Source of the DNA: Neophaeotheca triangularis
Taxonomy: Eukaryota
NCBI GenBank assembly: GCA_054600435.1
Contig: BAAIJX010000046.1
Span: forward strand, 62,001-126,000
DNA: 64,000 nt
Direction: 5' to 3'
The translations under genes and the position numbers were made by a program. Position 1 is the stretch's first letter, and the number at the start of each line of letters is the position of its first letter. The notes under the pieces are model-generated. The model made no database searches, was not told where the DNA came from, and saw only the letters and a list, made by a program, of their open reading frames with translations. Of the stretch, positions 61,483-64,000 are shown piece by piece.

Positions 61483-61959
61483 CTAAACTCCACCCATCCC
61501 AACATCCCCATCCCCATCCCTCGCACTCCCCGACCCATTTCCCCTCCCCATCTCCCTCATCAAGACCCCAGCAGCCCCGCCGACCCCCTCCCCCCCAGCC
61601 TCAGCAATCCTCCAAACCCTCGCAGCAGCCCTGTCGACCTCGGCCTCCGGGGCCCCAGCCTCGACGGCCGCGACCAGTTCCGCGGCCGCCGCGACGCCCG
61701 GGTCGTCGCTCTTGGCTTGCGCGATCAAGTCGTACGCCGGTTGCGTCTCGGTCTCGTCGAGGCCGAGCTCCGAGAAGTTCAGGAGGGTGCGGACGACGGG
61801 GACGAGGTCGGCTTCCGGGCGGCCGAGGGCGATGAGGTGGATGAAGGTTGCGGCTGCGTGGAGGGGGGTTTGGGTGGGGGGTTCGGTGGGGTTTTGGGGT
61901 TGAGTGGTGGGGGTTGGGGTGGAGGTGGAGGTGGGTTGGGGTTGGTGGTTGGGAGGCAT
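61483..61959 (-). CDS. Hypothetical protein, 158 aa
   Basis: ATG in AAAATG context; Pro/Thr/Gln-rich N-terminus followed by an amphipathic Ala/Glu-rich helical region; C/G-ending codons like neighbouring genes. No family recognised. Confidence 0.5.
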   Translation of the reverse strand: MPPNHQPQPTSTSTPTPTTQPQNPTEPPTQTPLHAAATFIHLIALGRPEADLVPVVRTLLNFSELGLDETETQPAYDLIAQAKSDDPGVAAAAELVAAVEAGAPEAEVDRAAARVWRIAEAGGEGVGGAAGVLMREMGRGNGSGSARDGDGDVGMGGV

Positions 61960-63515
61960 TTTCGGCTGGGTGGTCTTGAGTCTGTTGGGGTTTGGATCGA
62001 GAGGAATGAGTGATGTGTGAGAGCTTGTTGTGTTGTGTTGTGTCGTGTCGTGGAAGTGAGTTTAGTGAAATAGACCTGCTAAGTCACCAAATCCACCAAA
62101 ATTGCTGTGCCGTGAGGAAGAACAGAAGGCTACTGTCTAGGAGCGGGCACATCTCAAATTTATCTTCGAGGGACTGCTTTGTCGATTGGGAAGCTTTGTT
62201 GAACCGAAGAAAGCGGCTTTGTGACGGTGAAAAGGGGGTTCAAAGATGGGTACTGACAATGGCATTGTTGGGCAAGGTTCCTTCACGCTGGTACAAAGGC
62301 TTTGCTTCCAGGTATCTAGCTCGATGATATCAGTGATGGAGTGTTCTCATATACAGATTGATCTTACATCCTTGTCGAAGCGAGAAAGCGCATTGTGGCG
62401 ACGTAGAAAAGGTTGAAAGGCAGACGACCGAGCAGCTGACAATGGCATTGTTGACCAAGTACCTTCGCACCAGTGTCCTCAAAAATTACCCAAAGAACTC
62501 CGTATTTGTTGAATCGGTTGGGCTCGGATACAACCTACTCCCGGCGCATTTCGCTGTGCACCCAGATCTTGCCTATACATCCAAAGGAGGCCATCGGCAT
62601 CTGCAAGCATAGTCAGCGTACCTAATCTTGCCCAGACAAACGAGAATCCGCAGTCGTTACATACTAGGAACGTCGTCTCAAATCCAGCTGCATCTCAACA
62701 AATTCGAGGAAGAGATGAAAGATTGAGCTTCTATCACAACAGCATACCGCAAGCTACAGACGTCGAGGCAAACTCACGAGAATACGACTGACCAACAGCC
62801 CCCCTACCTCGCGCGTCTGACAGGACAACAAGCAAGCAAACAGTTTCCCCCCTACTCTCACTCATCCATACAAACCCTAAGACTGACCGCACTGGGGGAA
62901 CCCGCCGAGTTCCACCACTCAAACCACTCTTCTTCAACGGACGGAACGAGGACAGCGAGAAGCGGTTCCGTGCGAGCCGTCTTTCGATCGAAACCCCCTC
63001 GATTAGCCCCATAGCAAGAATGACCCAGCTAACACTGACCGCCGCTCTCCCATTCCACTTTTCTCTTTATCCACCCATTCATGTTCTATCCTTCACGCTG
63101 ACGCTCAAAAGCGCCCCCGTCTCGACCCCGGTACAGGGGAAGAGCTCTGTTGATACGCATTGTTGTAGTAGATGAAGTCGCCCTCTTGTAGCAAGCCACC
63201 AGTCCCCAATTGCACCGGCGAAGGATAAGGGTTGGTTATGCACACGGGGCTGGTAGCGCGGGTGGGAGCTGTTTGAAACGAAATAAAGAAAGATGTGTTA
63301 GTTTTGCTGAGCGATGGGATATGATAGCCATTTTTGAGGCCTAGTTGGTTGACGACGACGCACCATTCGAAGTGTTTGTTGCTCGCCTATTGGCGAGGAC
63401 CGAAAGAGCGAGACTGACATCTAGATTCAATTTCGACATTTGCTTGCGCTTGTTCATGCTCATGTCGGTGGGTCGAGCTGGCCTTTTTAGTTGGTGAGTA
63501 TTTGGTGTGGTGCGT

Positions 63516-64000
63516 TCATTTGCCTTCGTCGCCGCCTTGGGAGAGGTTCGGGCCTCCTTGGTGGGAAGGACCCCCACCACCTTGGTACCCACCCTGCTGC
63601 TGCTGTTGCTGCATATTCATTGGCATGGCGTTCTGACCTCTGGGTGTGTACCCTTGGTTCGACATTTGCCTCTGCTGCATGTGGTAAGGATGTGGTTGAG
63701 GCATTCCCTGGTGGTTTGGGCTTGGCCCTCCAAAATTCCCTTGAATGCCCCCCATGGGCGGCATACCAGGGCCCCCTTGGTGCTGCTGCTGCTGCTGGGG
63801 CTGGTAGCCTTGGTGTGAGCCTTGGTGCGACATAGGGTGTGGACGAGGAGAGTTCGCGTAAGGCGTGTTACCTGGCTGCATGTGTTGACCTGTGCCGCCT
63901 TGGAAGTGGGGCTGCGGATGTTGCGGCATGGGAGAATACTGTGCTTGTTGCTGAGGCATCGGGCCTCCCATGTAGCCGCCCGACGGTTGCTGAACCATCA
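63516..64000 (-). CDS. 3' end of a gene with a Gln/Pro/Gly/Met-rich low-complexity C-terminus, possibly Pbp1/ataxin-2; 5' part beyond right edge
   Basis: Open frame to the window edge: SPRPHPMSHQGSHQG, YTPRGQ, poly-Q, ending GGDEGK*. Coding status is likely. The Pbp1 identity rests on composition and a recalled SP..PM.HQGS.QG motif only. Confidence 0.55.
   Translation of the reverse strand, partial: MVQQPSGGYMGGPMPQQQAQYSPMPQHPQPHFQGGTGQHMQPGNTPYANSPRPHPMSHQGSHQGYQPQQQQQHQGGPGMPPMGGIQGNFGGPSPNHQGMPQPHPYHMQQRQMSNQGYTPRGQNAMPMNMQQQQQQGGYQGGGGPSHQGGPNLSQGGDEGK

Overview
Gene-dense window from a filamentous ascomycete genome. It has short GT-AG introns with CTRAY branch sites and the gene set looks Dothideomycete-like; the taxon is inferred, not established. 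I can support about 22 protein-coding loci by hand-splicing: a Sak1/Ssp1-type CaMKK kinase (runs off the left edge), cwf18, a mitochondrial PPR protein, a GPI-type PLC-like phosphodiesterase, a SUR7/PalI membrane protein, Ccz1, an SH3-RasGEF, a CHY/RING zinc-finger protein, sphingolipid delta-4 desaturase, an 8-exon MFS permease, a LURP-one/Tubby-C protein, exportin-1 (CRM1), two SDRs, Med5, an ABC1/ADCK kinase, a p24 protein, an SPX/VTC-like protein, acyl-CoA oxidase, an orphan ORF, and the 3' end of a probable Pbp1/ataxin-2. No tRNA, rRNA, CRISPR array or recognisable transposon was seen. The most interesting item is only half visible in the ORF track: a two-exon gene at 54894-55358 encoding a 106-aa secreted precursor with a CxxxCxxxC-x8-CxxxCxxxC cationic core flanked by acidic pro-segments, a candidate new antimicrobial or effector peptide. 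It faces a truncated PTH11-like receptor gene. Other notes: CRM1 has Thr at the leptomycin B site and a probable double 5'UTR intron with a 5-nt micro-exon; the kinase has upstream ORFs; a TAGGTA/TACCTA motif recurs in intergenic DNA. All family assignments come from motif recognition, not database searches.
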